Source of the DNA: a bacterium
Lineage (GTDB): Bacteria; UBA8248
NCBI GenBank assembly: GCA_965203325.1
Contig: OZ241875.1
Location: forward strand, 1,696,001-1,760,000
Direction: 5' to 3'
DNA length: 64,000 bases
Under the pieces are notes generated by a model. It had not been told where the DNA came from. It did no database searches and worked only from the letters and a program-made list of their open reading frames with translations. This document shows, one piece after another, positions 1 through 9,467 of this stretch. Each line of letters begins with the position of its first letter. Position 1 is the stretch's first letter. The translations under genes were made by a program, and so were the position numbers.

Positions 1-355
1 CGCATTTCACCGAGTGATGCCCCTGCGCGTCATAGCCCATCGCGCTGTAGGGACACGCCATGACGCATTCCCCGCAGCCCGTGCAGAGGGCTTCATGCAC
101 TTCCACCACGCCGGTATCGGGGTCTTTGGTTATCGCCTTGGGATGAACGGGGCAGGCCCTGAGACAGGCAGGGCGCTCGCAATGCTGGCAGGTCAGCGTG
201 AGGAAATCGGGCGCGCCCGTGGAGGCGTCCCCCAGCCAGACCACCTTGTTCCGGTATTGGCCGGGCCCCAGCCTGTGCTCCTGCTTGCACGCCGCCTCAC
301 AGCTCTTGCAGCCGAAGCACCGCTCCAGATCGATCATCAAGGCCAGCTTGCTCAA
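1..355 (-). CDS. 4Fe-4S dicluster protein (DmsB/NrfC-like), N-terminal part; runs off the window edge
   Basis: Not in the ORF track. Hand translation from a TTG at 355 (AAGGAG upstream) gives MSKLALMIDLERCFGCKSCEAACKQEH...CQHCERPACLRACP...CTGCGECVMACPY, with classic Fe-S cysteine motifs. Confidence 0.9.
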   Translation of the reverse strand, partial: MSKLALMIDLERCFGCKSCEAACKQEHRLGPGQYRNKVVWLGDASTGAPDFLTLTCQHCERPACLRACPVHPKAITKDPDTGVVEVHEALCTGCGECVMACPYSAMGYDAQGHHSVKC

Positions 356-428
356 GAGTCACTCCTTAAGGGAGGGGTGTCGAAAAGGTCCCACAGAGGG
401 AGCGCGTTGAATTTCACTCGCCCCTTGA

Positions 429-740
429 GGGGGCTGCTGAAAAACCCCTGCAATGACGAGATTGCCGTCATTCCGGCGAAAGCCGGAATCCATTTTCAGG
501 CAGAATGATAATACTGCGGCTTTTCATCTCCTCGTCATTGGCGCGAATCGATCAGAAAACCAAGAACAAAGGCAAAACAAATGGATTCCGGCTTTCGCCG
601 GAATGACGAACAAAACCGCACCATCTCGTAGGGACAGGCCTCCGTGCCTGTCCTAACGGCAACCATCCCGCAAAGGACAACCACAGAGGGTTGTCCCTAC
701 AACCACCATTCCTCCTTTATCAAACTTTTTCAACAACCCC
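429..740. mobile_element. Putative non-autonomous element bounded by IS1182-like ends
   Basis: 429-450 matches the left end of the IS1182 at 15247 at 19/22 nt and follows the same TTCACTC.CCCCTTGA context. A right-end-like TTTTTCAACAACCCC lies at 726-740. No transposase; target duplication not conserved. Confidence 0.45.
467..607. repeat. Palindromic repeat family A (GTCATTCCGGCGAAAGCCGGAATCCA inverted ends)
   Basis: Inverted ~26-bp terminal copies of the motif. Confidence 0.85.
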
Positions 741-788
741 GTATGCACCCCTCCGCAGGCAGATTTCCCAACACCCCGACCACGCGGG

Positions 789-1562
789 CTACCACTTCGT
801 CAGGTGCCACCAGTATATCTCGCCACCGCCCGAGACATAACCGGCGAAAAACGTGACGGTGACCACGTGCCCCAGAATACCGAGAACGAAGGCAAACGCC
901 AAAACGATGTGGACCACCCGCCAGTACGCCTGCGCGGCAGATACGCCTGCGCGGGTGCCCAGCAACCTGTTCTCCCGGCCGATCAACCGGGCGTAGGCGA
1001 ACGTGAGCGCGGGCCTTGAGAACCAATGCTTGAGTCTGGGGGAAAAGGCGCCCTCGTCCGCTCCCGGATCGAGCCTCGACAATAAAGACTCTTTCTCTTC
1101 GATGAGGCGGGCCAGCCGCTCCCGGTCTTCGGAACCGGGCGGGGAGAAGGATTGCTCCTTCGAGGCGAAGGTGGCCGACATCTGCCTGGATAAGCGGACG
1201 CGCGCCCACACGCCCAGGATCACCAGAAGCAACAAGGCGACGAGTAAAAGAGCGGGCGCATAGCGAAGAAATCCGCCTGAATGGATCGTCACCAGCACGC
1301 CGCCCAGGGTGGCCGTCACGACATGGGCGGAAAACCAGCCGAGAGGAGAGCCGCCGACGCCCGTCCGCTTCGTGATCACGAAGACCAGGGACACGCACAG
1401 GAGGAGCGTCCCCGCGACGCCGAACAGATACAGCGTCGGGGAACCCGGCAGATGCCATTCGCGCGATAATTCGTGCTGGAACGCGAAGAAGGTGACCAGA
1501 ACGACCGCCGCCGCGAAGACGAGATACGCAAGCAGCCTGTCGCCGATATCGAGTCGTCTCAT
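789..1562 (-). CDS. Multi-pass membrane protein with His-containing TM helices, function unknown
   Basis: 257 aa with several hydrophobic helices (WFSAH, VTIH, RVVH, LGH); upstream of the Fe-S gene on the same strand. Confidence 0.7.
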   Translation of the reverse strand: MRRLDIGDRLLAYLVFAAAVVLVTFFAFQHELSREWHLPGSPTLYLFGVAGTLLLCVSLVFVITKRTGVGGSPLGWFSAHVVTATLGGVLVTIHSGGFLRYAPALLLVALLLLVILGVWARVRLSRQMSATFASKEQSFSPPGSEDRERLARLIEEKESLLSRLDPGADEGAFSPRLKHWFSRPALTFAYARLIGRENRLLGTRAGVSAAQAYWRVVHIVLAFAFVLGILGHVVTVTFFAGYVSGGGEIYWWHLTKW

Positions 1563-1567
1563 GAAAA

Positions 1568-2047
1568 TCAGGGAAATTCGATTTTTTCGACGTCCACGAT
1601 CTCGAAATTTCTCACGCCGCCGGGCAACTGAACCGCCACCTCATCGCCCGGTTCTTTCTGCATGAGCCCGCGCGAGAGCGGCGCGCCGAAGGAAATGACT
1701 CCATTGGGGAGGTCGCTTTCCTCCTCACCCAGTATCTCGTAGGTAAGCTCTTCGTTCTTGTCCAGGTCGAAGAGCGTGACTTTTGTGCCAATGGTGACCT
1801 TATCACCCGAGATGGGGAGTTCCTCGATGACGCTCGCCTCGCGGATCTTGTCCATGATCCGGCTCACCTCGTTCTTGAGGTTGCCCTGCAGCTCGATGGC
1901 CGCCTCCCACTCGGCGTTCTCGCTCAGATCGCCCAGGCTCGCCGCCCTGCCGATCTCTTTCGACACCTCATGCTTCAGACGATGCTGAATCTCTTCGACC
2001 TTTTGCCTCAGCCCCTCGAGGCTCGCTTTGGTGATGTAATACGGCAT
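1568..2047 (-). CDS. greA: Transcription elongation factor GreA
   Basis: GDLSENAEW motif; C-terminal ISFGAPLSRGL and GDEVAVQLPGG. Confidence 0.92.
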   Translation of the reverse strand: MPYYITKASLEGLRQKVEEIQHRLKHEVSKEIGRAASLGDLSENAEWEAAIELQGNLKNEVSRIMDKIREASVIEELPISGDKVTIGTKVTLFDLDKNEELTYEILGEEESDLPNGVISFGAPLSRGLMQKEPGDEVAVQLPGGVRNFEIVDVEKIEFP

Positions 2048-2087
2048 TTCTTCCTCTTCCGGCGTTGAAATAATCGAAAACCGCGCC

Positions 2088-3005
2088 TCAGGCGCCTTCC
2101 GTCATCTTTTCCTTCACCTGCTCGCGAAAGTCGTACCCCGTATCCTCCACGAACGCCTCGATCAGGCGCTTCGTGACCGGCCCCGGAACCGGCGCGCTCG
2201 GCTGGAAACTGTCGATCTCGCGCACGGGCATGGCGCATATCGCGCTCGAGGTGATGAAATACTCCTCCGCCTGCGCGAGGTCGTAGGTCGTCATGTCCCT
2301 TTCCTCGACGGCGATCCCCAGGCGCGCGGCCAGTTCGAACACCGCGATGCGGGTCACCCCCTGCAGGATGTTCCTCTCATGCGGCGTCCAGAGCGCGCCG
2401 TCTTTCACCATGAAGAAATTGGCGACCGAGTTCTCCGCCACGTTCCCGCGAATGTCCAGCATCAGGGACAGGGAACCCGATGCGGCGGCGTCCAGTTCCG
2501 CCAGGATCTGGTTCATCTTGCTCGTCACCTTGGCTCTCGTCTCGATGCACTCGGGCGGATTGCGCCTCGTGGGCGTTATCGCGAGGCGCACGCCGTTCAG
2601 ATACCGCTCCGCGAAAGACGCGACGTTCACGGGCCGCCAGAATATGAACACCGAAGCCGGCCCCGCCGCGCCCGCCGCCATCGAGGGGTCGTCATATCCG
2701 CGCGTCACCCAGTGGCCGACGCGGTACATGGCGCCCGCCTCCAGGCGGCACAGATTCGACTCCAAGGTGGCCAGCGTCGCCTGCTTCATATCCGCCTGAC
2801 TTAATCCTAAATCGATGCGGACATACTTGAGCGAGCGGTAGAGGCGGTCGATATGGTCATCGAGCCGGTAGAGCTTTCCATCGAAACAGGGCGTGACCTC
2901 GTACACCCCGTCGCCCCAGAGAAAGCCGCGATCGAAGGGCGATATCCTGGCGCTTTTCTCTTCCATGATCTCACCGTTGAGATAGACGAATCGCTCACCG
3001 GGCAT
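2088..3005 (-). CDS. Aminotransferase class IV (branched-chain/D-amino acid aminotransferase-like)
   Basis: FDRGFLWGDGVYE, ENSVANFF and ILQGVTR motifs. Confidence 0.9.
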   Translation of the reverse strand: MPGERFVYLNGEIMEEKSARISPFDRGFLWGDGVYEVTPCFDGKLYRLDDHIDRLYRSLKYVRIDLGLSQADMKQATLATLESNLCRLEAGAMYRVGHWVTRGYDDPSMAAGAAGPASVFIFWRPVNVASFAERYLNGVRLAITPTRRNPPECIETRAKVTSKMNQILAELDAAASGSLSLMLDIRGNVAENSVANFFMVKDGALWTPHERNILQGVTRIAVFELAARLGIAVEERDMTTYDLAQAEEYFITSSAICAMPVREIDSFQPSAPVPGPVTKRLIEAFVEDTGYDFREQVKEKMTEGA

Positions 3006-3159
3006 CGGACGCTCCTCCCATGCGCATCAACAAAGAAAGGCCGGCCCGGAAACAGGGCACAGCCGCATAGTGAATGAAACATCATCTTTCTCAGACGCAT
3101 CTTATAAAAGAAAAGCCCAAAGGGCAAAATCGTTCCGGGAAATTCTGCGGCCCGTCTTG

Positions 3160-3450
3160 AAAGGCAACCCCCCTCTCGCATCGGGCGCTGTCGACCCGTA
3201 GGGACAGGCCCCCGTGCCTGTCCATCGTGATGATGTCCGCCTCGACACGGGCGACCACGGGGGGTCGCCCCTACGAAACCCCAAACCCTGCCCCCACCAT
3301 TCCGACATACGCCAGAATGACGAACGATGGCCACGCACGTCCGTAGGGACAGGTCGCGACCTGTCCCTACAAAGTCGATGCGAAAAACAAGAAGCACTCC
3401 CCACATGAGTGTAGGTCGGACATATATGTCCGCCACCCCTGTGGTCGCCC
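3160..3450. repeat. Cluster of GTAG-type REP-like hairpins
   Basis: GTAGGGACAGGCCCCCGTGCCTGTCC at 3198, perfect palindrome GTAGGGACAGGTCGCGACCTGTCCCTAC at 3343-3370, and related units. Confidence 0.8.
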
Positions 3451-3457
3451 ATAAAAT

Positions 3458-3775
3458 CTAACGAACCGCACGGACTTCGAGCCTGAGCCCCTCGCTTTCC
3501 TGGAGCCGGGCGATGACGTCAAAGAGGTTGCGGGCCTGGGGATTGCCATCGGGCCCGAACATGCGCATGAGGCTCTTGGGTGATTTCCCTGTGAGTGCGC
3601 CCAGGGTCTCGAAGCCGACCGTCGCGTTGATGAAATCGCGCAGGGCCGCCTTGCCGACCTCCACCTCGCCCGAGAGGAGGCATTCGACGCCTTCTTTCAA
3701 TAAATCCTCCCGGAAGGCCGGATCGCGCTGAACCCTTGCCTGAATCGTTTCCCTGAAATCCCGCGTGAGTGGCAT
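3458..3775 (-). CDS. Addiction-module antitoxin / HTH transcriptional regulator
   Basis: MPLTRDFRETIQ...LTGKSPKSLMRMFGPDGNPQARNLF; starts 2 nt after the toxin stop. Confidence 0.85.
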   Translation of the reverse strand: MPLTRDFRETIQARVQRDPAFREDLLKEGVECLLSGEVEVGKAALRDFINATVGFETLGALTGKSPKSLMRMFGPDGNPQARNLFDVIARLQESEGLRLEVRAVR

Positions 3776-3777
3776 GG

Positions 3778-4107
3778 TTAGTTCTCCTCGTGTATGCGGT
3801 ATCTGTATTCCCGCCAAAGACTGCGGGCCAATTCGATGTCGACTTGCTGGCGGCTTTTGGTTCCTCCTCCCAGGAGAATGATGAGGGTATCCCCATCTTT
3901 TCCGAAATAGATCCGGTAGCCGGGGCCGAAGTTGATTCTGTATTCGAACACGCCGCCGCCTACGCCCTTGGTGTTCGAGAGATTTCCCTGCGCCATCCGA
4001 ACAGTCGCCATTGCGACCTTGGCTGCAGCCTGGGCATTCAGCCGATTGAACCATCTCGCGTATGGGCTGCGGCCAACGGTGTCGATGTACTCTCTTACCT
4101 CGATCAT
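3778..4107 (-). CDS. Type II TA toxin, RelE/ParE superfamily (addiction module killer)
   Basis: GNLSNTKGVGGGVFEYRINFGPGYRIYFG...LLGGGTKSRQQ signature. Confidence 0.9.
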   Translation of the reverse strand: MIEVREYIDTVGRSPYARWFNRLNAQAAAKVAMATVRMAQGNLSNTKGVGGGVFEYRINFGPGYRIYFGKDGDTLIILLGGGTKSRQQVDIELARSLWREYRYRIHEEN

Positions 4108-4113
4108 TCAATA

Positions 4114-4142
4114 AAGGTAACTTAAATGTTACTATTTGTCAA
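4114..4142 (-). promoter_or_regulatory. sigma70 promoter of the TA operon with an overlapping operator
   Basis: TTGACA-17-TACCTT on the minus strand; GTAAC-N6-GTTAC palindrome at 4117-4132. Confidence 0.6.
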
Positions 4143-4401
4143 CTCATCTTATCGAGATGACCCACTGTCGTCATGCCGGCGGGGTACCACCTGAATTGTA
4201 GAGGACGGTTCCGTGTTTTGCCGATAAAAGGCAGGGCCGCATATATGCGGCCCCTACAATCAATTCCACCCGGTGAGGGAGGGACGGAGCCTTCCCCAAC
4301 ACCCCCTTGTCACGCGTCCTGTTCTCGGATTAAATACGGTGGCGACTGCAATCGACGAAAAGACTCACAAAAAAACCCTTTTGAAGCGGAAGGAGGCGGC
4401 G

Positions 4402-5280
4402 ATGCGATTCGGGCGCGGGGTATGCCCCAAGGCGGTGAAGCTGGCCGTTTTGTTTATCGGGATTGGATTTGTTTTTGCTTCGAATTCCTTTGGAACTGTG
4501 GAGCTGATTAAATGTAGTAGCAGCTACACGTTGGATAAATATAAACAGACAAAGAAAAAAATAAACGAAAAACTTTTTTATGTATACAACTTAGGCATTA
4601 TTTCCTTATGTCTTGGAAAAGAAGCGGAAGGCATGGCTCATCTCCAAAGAGCCTCTGATTCAGGTCATATTGCCGCCACGCATCTGTTGGGTCTTTATTT
4701 CATGGCGAACCGGTCTTTTAACAGGGCGGAAAGAGGTCGCATTGGTAATCCGGAAGACTATAATTCGGCTGTTCACTATTATGAAAAAGCGGCGCGGATG
4801 ATAGAGGAAACGGTTAACTACCCTGTAGGTGATCCAACGGGTATGGAGGAACTTGAGTATAATGTTTATACTAGCTATTACGTGTTCGCCACCATTCCCG
4901 AGCTTTATTTCAATGGATATAACAAGGCTTTAGAGGATATCGTGAACAGCCGGGAGAGGCTGTCCTATGTCGATACGCTCGACGTTTTGGGGAAAATGCG
5001 GCGTTCCGCCGAACGCTGTGTGCAAAGACCCTCTCTTGCCGGTTGGTATGACAAAAAAGAGACGCTTTACCAGGTTCAGCAGGTGCGGTGCCGGGCCTAT
5101 CTGGATTACGCCCGCTCGGTCTCGCCTTTGGAGGAGCGAAGAATCAAGGCGACTCAAAGTTGTACAGGACCTCTAAGCGGGTGTTCGAGCCATCGGGAAA
5201 TTTTGAATCAGATCAATCGAATCAAATCCATGATGGATGGAGCGATACACTCGATTCCTGCGAAGTACCTGGAAAGATAG
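4402..5280 (+). CDS. Secreted Sel1-like/TPR repeat protein
   Basis: AGGAGG RBS, hydrophobic N-terminus, Sel1-like YNLG...LQRASDSGHIAATHLLGLYF; visibly AT-richer than its flanks. Confidence 0.65.
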   Translation: MRFGRGVCPKAVKLAVLFIGIGFVFASNSFGTVELIKCSSSYTLDKYKQTKKKINEKLFYVYNLGIISLCLGKEAEGMAHLQRASDSGHIAATHLLGLYFMANRSFNRAERGRIGNPEDYNSAVHYYEKAARMIEETVNYPVGDPTGMEELEYNVYTSYYVFATIPELYFNGYNKALEDIVNSRERLSYVDTLDVLGKMRRSAERCVQRPSLAGWYDKKETLYQVQQVRCRAYLDYARSVSPLEERRIKATQSCTGPLSGCSSHREILNQINRIKSMMDGAIHSIPAKYLER

Positions 5281-5408
5281 AATGTTTTCGGCGATTACCG
5301 GATAAGCCGGGAACGCCGGAAAAGAACCCCTGCCTGAAAGACGGGCGGACACGCCGTCAGACATATATGTCTGACCCCTACGATCCGAAAACCGCAAACC
5401 CTGCCCCC

Positions 5409-5623
5409 GTCATTCCGGCCTTGAGCCGGAATCCATTTTATGATTTTTGCTTTCGTTTTCGCATTTGATTCCGACTCGCGGGAGGAAGCGGCGCGCCCGA
5501 ATCAGGGACGGATGAGGTGGATATATATGGCGGCGTCCGCTTCTTCCCGGCCGGGAGAGAGGACGTCCGGGCGAAAGGCCAAAGGCAAAGGCGAAAATGG
5601 ATTCCGGCTTTCGCCGGAATGAC
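5409..5623. repeat. Family A MITE-like element (~215 bp)
   Basis: Terminal inverted motif; the body is a near-copy of the reverse complement of 22437-22648. Confidence 0.85.
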
Positions 5624-5639
5624 GAACGAAACCCCACCG

Positions 5640-5748
5640 CCTCACCCTGAGTAGCGGCGAAGCCGCGTATCGAAGGGCCTGCATGATACGCCCTTTTTGA
5701 CCTTCCCATCCTTCGATACGGCGCTGACGCGCCTACTCAGGATGAGGG
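5640..5748. repeat. Long imperfect palindrome (CCTCA.CCTGAGTAG...TCGAAGG type)
   Basis: CCTCACCCTGAGTAG..GTATCGAAGG pairs with CCTTCGATAC..CTACTCAGGATGAGG. Confidence 0.7.
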
Positions 5749-5846
5749 GTGTTGGGGAACTTCACCGCTACACAGGACGAGGGAGATAAAACAAAGCCCC
5801 CTGACGAGGGAGACTTTTCCAACAACCCCGAACAGGCTGAACCCGC

Positions 5847-7439
5847 TCAATCCTTCTTGCCCCAGCCGCCGCCGCCGGGCGTTTCCAGGCGTATCCTGTC
5901 CCCGCGCTTCGCCGAGAGACGCGCCTTGCCGGGAAATTCCCGTGTTTCATCCGCCTTGATGAGCGAATTCCTGCCCTTCATGCCGGGTTCGCCGCCATTG
6001 AGCGGCCAGGGAGGCTTCTGGCGCCGCTCCGTCATGAACGAGACGGTGGCGTCGCCCAGGAGTTCGATCTCCCGGATGATGCCGTCACCGCCGCGATGCT
6101 TCCCCCCGCCGCCGCTGCCCCGGCGGACGGTGTAGCGGCTCACGCGGAACGGATAGGCGTGCTCCAAAGCTTCTATCGGGGTGTTCAGGGTGTTGGTGAG
6201 GTGGGTGTGGATGGCGTCTTCCCCGTCGCCCCAGGGGCCGCCGCCCATGCCGCCGCCCGTGGTCTCATAGTAGGCGTAGGGGCGGCCCTGCCTGGGGCCT
6301 GCGCGGTGGTCCAGCCCCCCCACCGTCAAGTTGTTCATCGTGCCGCACGAGGCGGCGGGTATCTTGCCGGGACAGGCCTTGGCGAGGGCGCCGAGTATCA
6401 CGTCCACCATTCTCTGGCTCGTCTCCACGTTCCCGCCCGCGACGGCGGCAGGGAACTCGGCATTCACCACGGTTCCAGGGGGCGCCACCACCTCGATGGG
6501 GTCCATGCAGCCCGAGTTGTTCGGTATGTCGTAGGGCACCAGACAGCGCAGGGCGTAATAGGCCGCCGTGCGCGCGATGGACTCCACCGCGTTCACGCTG
6601 CCCTGCGTCTGCGGAGCGGAGCCGGTGTAATCGACGCGCATCTTCGAGCCGCGCACCGTGATCTCCACCCGTATCGGAACAGGGCCGCTGCCGAAGCCGT
6701 CGTCGTCCATATAATCCTCGAAGCGGTAGCGCCCGTCGGGAATGTCGCGTATCACGGCCTTGGTCAGCCGCTCGGAGTATCTCTGCAGCTCGGCCGTGTA
6801 GCGCAGCGTCTCAGCGAGGCCGTGACGCTCGATGATCTCCAATATCCGCCGCTCCCCCACGCGGTTCGCCGCGATCTGCGCCGCGATGTCTCCCCTGCGC
6901 TCCTCGGCCGTACGCACGTTCGCGAGGATGAGCGCGAACACGTCTTCCTGCATCTCTCCTTCGCGCACGAGCTTCACCGGCGGAATCACCACGCCGTCCT
7001 GGAATATCTCCGTCGTGATGCTCATCGAGCCGGGCGCGATGCCGCCCACGTCCGCATGATGCGCCCGGTTGGCGACGTAGTAGATGAGTTTTTCCCGCCC
7101 CCGTTCCGTGCCGTATACGGGCGAGATCATCGTGATGTCGGGCAGGTGGTTCCCCCCGTGGAAGGGGTCGTTCAGCACGACCACGTCGCCCGGCTCCAGC
7201 GTCATGCGCTCGATGACGTACTCCACCGACATCGGCATGGAGCCTAGGTGGGCGGGCAGATGCGCCGCCTGCGCCGCCATCCGGCCCGCCGCGTCGAAGA
7301 CGGCGCACGAATAATCCTTGCGCTCCTTGATGTTCGGGGAGAACGAGGAGCGGCAAAGCGCCACGCCCATCTCTTCCGAGGCCGCGAACAACAGGTTGCG
7401 GAAAACCTCCAGGAGTATCGGATCGTACCTGTTCGCCAT
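5847..7439 (-). CDS. Hydantoinase B / oxoprolinase family protein
   Basis: SPNIKERKDYSCA, HLPAHLGSM, NDPFHGGNHLPD, HHADVGG and TPGGGGWG motifs. Confidence 0.95.
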   Translation of the reverse strand: MANRYDPILLEVFRNLLFAASEEMGVALCRSSFSPNIKERKDYSCAVFDAAGRMAAQAAHLPAHLGSMPMSVEYVIERMTLEPGDVVVLNDPFHGGNHLPDITMISPVYGTERGREKLIYYVANRAHHADVGGIAPGSMSITTEIFQDGVVIPPVKLVREGEMQEDVFALILANVRTAEERRGDIAAQIAANRVGERRILEIIERHGLAETLRYTAELQRYSERLTKAVIRDIPDGRYRFEDYMDDDGFGSGPVPIRVEITVRGSKMRVDYTGSAPQTQGSVNAVESIARTAAYYALRCLVPYDIPNNSGCMDPIEVVAPPGTVVNAEFPAAVAGGNVETSQRMVDVILGALAKACPGKIPAASCGTMNNLTVGGLDHRAGPRQGRPYAYYETTGGGMGGGPWGDGEDAIHTHLTNTLNTPIEALEHAYPFRVSRYTVRRGSGGGGKHRGGDGIIREIELLGDATVSFMTERRQKPPWPLNGGEPGMKGRNSLIKADETREFPGKARLSAKRGDRIRLETPGGGGWGKKD

Positions 7440-7448
7440 CGCGTCCTC

Positions 7449-9467
7449 TCAGCCCGAGTTTTTCAAGACGAGATTGCCCCACTCGTCCACCCGGCATTCC
7501 CAGCCCGGGGGGACGACCGTCGTGGCGCTGAACTCGCACACCAGCGCCGGGCCTTTGAAGCGGTTCCCGCGAGAAAACTTGTCCCGCGCATAGGCGGAAC
7601 CCTCGACTTGTTTTCCTTCGAACACCATTTTCCGACTCCCCATGAGCGCACCGGAAACATCCTTGCGAGATTTCGGAAGCCGCCTCGCGGGCGGACGCTC
7701 CACTTCGCCTGTGCCCCGGACCCTCAGCGTCACGACCTCGATGGCACTCTCGGGGCTTGCGGTGCCGAAGCGCTCATCGTGCAACGCATCGAACGCGGCC
7801 CGGAGGCTCTTGCGGAGGTCCACGCCCGTCTCGGGCCGGTAGGGAAGCGTCAATTCATACGACTGCCCGAGATAGCGCATGTCGATGAAAAGCGAAAAGG
7901 CAGGCTTCGCGAATCCCTCGAACTTGAGATCCTCGCGCCCTTTTTGCAGCAGAGGCGAAAAATGACTGGCGAGCGTTTTCTTGTTCAAGCCCTGGAGCGG
8001 CAGCAATACCGTCCGGGCGTAGTCCTTCACCACGTCGGCCGTCAGCATGCCGCGTGCGGAGAGAATTCCCGGGTCATTCGGGACGACGACGCCCGGAATC
8101 CCCAGAATCTCCGCCAGGGAGCAGGCGTGCATCGCACCCGCGCCGCCGAAGGAGATGAGGGCGAATTTGCGCGGGTCGTGGCCCCGCTCCACGCTGATCA
8201 GGCGGATCGCGCGCGCCATGTGCTGGTTGGCGACGCGGACCACGCCCTCGGCCGCCTGCCGGTCGTCGAGCCCCAGGGACTTCGCCAGACGCGCGACCCC
8301 GGCTTTCACCGGCGCCATGTCGAGCGCCATCCGGCCGCCCAGGAATTGTTCGGGATCGAGGCGGCCCAGGAACAGGTTCGCGTCCGTGACGGTGACCTGA
8401 TCCCCCTTGCCGTAGCATATCGGCCCCGGATCGGCGCCCGCGCTCTGCGGGCCGACGGCCAGTGCGCCCCCCGGATCCACCCGTGCGATGGAGCCGCCGC
8501 CCGCGCCCACCGTATGGATGTCGATGAGGGGAACCCGGATCGGGCAGCCGGCCACCTCGGTCTCCGCCGTGAAGCCGACCCCGCCGTGCAGCAGGGAGAC
8601 GTCCGTACTCGTGCCGCCCATGTCGAACGCGATCGCGTTATCGAACCCCGCCCGTTTCGCCACCTCATAGGCGCCCACGACGCCGCCGGCGGGGCCGGAA
8701 AGAATCGTCCGGATGGCCTCCTCGCCCGCCATGGAGCTTGAGATGACGCCGCCGTTGCTCTGCATGACCCGCAAGCGGCCCGAATCGAGCCGCGATTCCA
8801 AATCCTTCAAGTACCGATTCATCATGGGCGATACATAGGCGTTCACGCACGTGGTGCTCATCCGCTCGTACTCCCGGAACTCGGGCAGCACCTGGCTGGA
8901 CATCGACACGTGAATGCCGCTCCGCCGGACCGCGTCCGCCACCTTCTGCTCATGAGCGGGGTTCGCGTAAGCGTGCAGCAGGCAGATGGCGACGGACTCG
9001 ACGCCCGCTTCTTTAAGTTTTCCTCTCAGCGCTCTCAAGTCCGATGCCTTCAGGCGCAGGAGTTCGCCGCCTTTTTCATCGAGGCGCTCCGCCACGCCCA
9101 ATCTCAAGTCTCTCGGCACGAGCGCCGGCGGCTTGCGGTACGCGAGGTTGTAGAGTTCTTTGCGGTTCTGGCGGCCGATCTCGATCAGGTCCTCGAAACC
9201 GGCCGTCGTGACGAGGGCGGTCCTGGCGCCCCGGCGGGTGAGGAGGGCGTTCGTCGCCACGGTGGAGCCGTGGGTGATGTCCAGGGCGAGGCCGCGGCCA
9301 TCCAGTATCTCATCCAGCCCCTGCAGGATGGCGCGCTCGGGCGCATCGGGCGTGGAGGGCACCTTGTGGACGCGCACGCGGGCGCCGTCGAACGAGATGA
9401 AATCCGTAAAGGTTCCGCCCGTGTCGACGCCGATCCGGAGCGTCTTTCTCGCGCGCCCCGGCATCAC
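7449..9467 (-). CDS. Hydantoinase A / oxoprolinase family protein
   Basis: GVDTGGTFTD, SGPAGG, DMGGTSTD, GAGGGS and PQSAGADPGP motifs. Confidence 0.95.
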   Translation of the reverse strand: MMPGRARKTLRIGVDTGGTFTDFISFDGARVRVHKVPSTPDAPERAILQGLDEILDGRGLALDITHGSTVATNALLTRRGARTALVTTAGFEDLIEIGRQNRKELYNLAYRKPPALVPRDLRLGVAERLDEKGGELLRLKASDLRALRGKLKEAGVESVAICLLHAYANPAHEQKVADAVRRSGIHVSMSSQVLPEFREYERMSTTCVNAYVSPMMNRYLKDLESRLDSGRLRVMQSNGGVISSSMAGEEAIRTILSGPAGGVVGAYEVAKRAGFDNAIAFDMGGTSTDVSLLHGGVGFTAETEVAGCPIRVPLIDIHTVGAGGGSIARVDPGGALAVGPQSAGADPGPICYGKGDQVTVTDANLFLGRLDPEQFLGGRMALDMAPVKAGVARLAKSLGLDDRQAAEGVVRVANQHMARAIRLISVERGHDPRKFALISFGGAGAMHACSLAEILGIPGVVVPNDPGILSARGMLTADVVKDYARTVLLPLQGLNKKTLASHFSPLLQKGREDLKFEGFAKPAFSLFIDMRYLGQSYELTLPYRPETGVDLRKSLRAAFDALHDERFGTASPESAIEVVTLRVRGTGEVERPPARRLPKSRKDVSGALMGSRKMVFEGKQVEGSAYARDKFSRGNRFKGPALVCEFSATTVVPPGWECRVDEWGNLVLKNSG

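Noticed and set aside
3458..4111. 217-aa ORF from the track
   Set aside because: Its N-terminal half overlaps the toxin in another frame; the real antitoxin starts at 3775.
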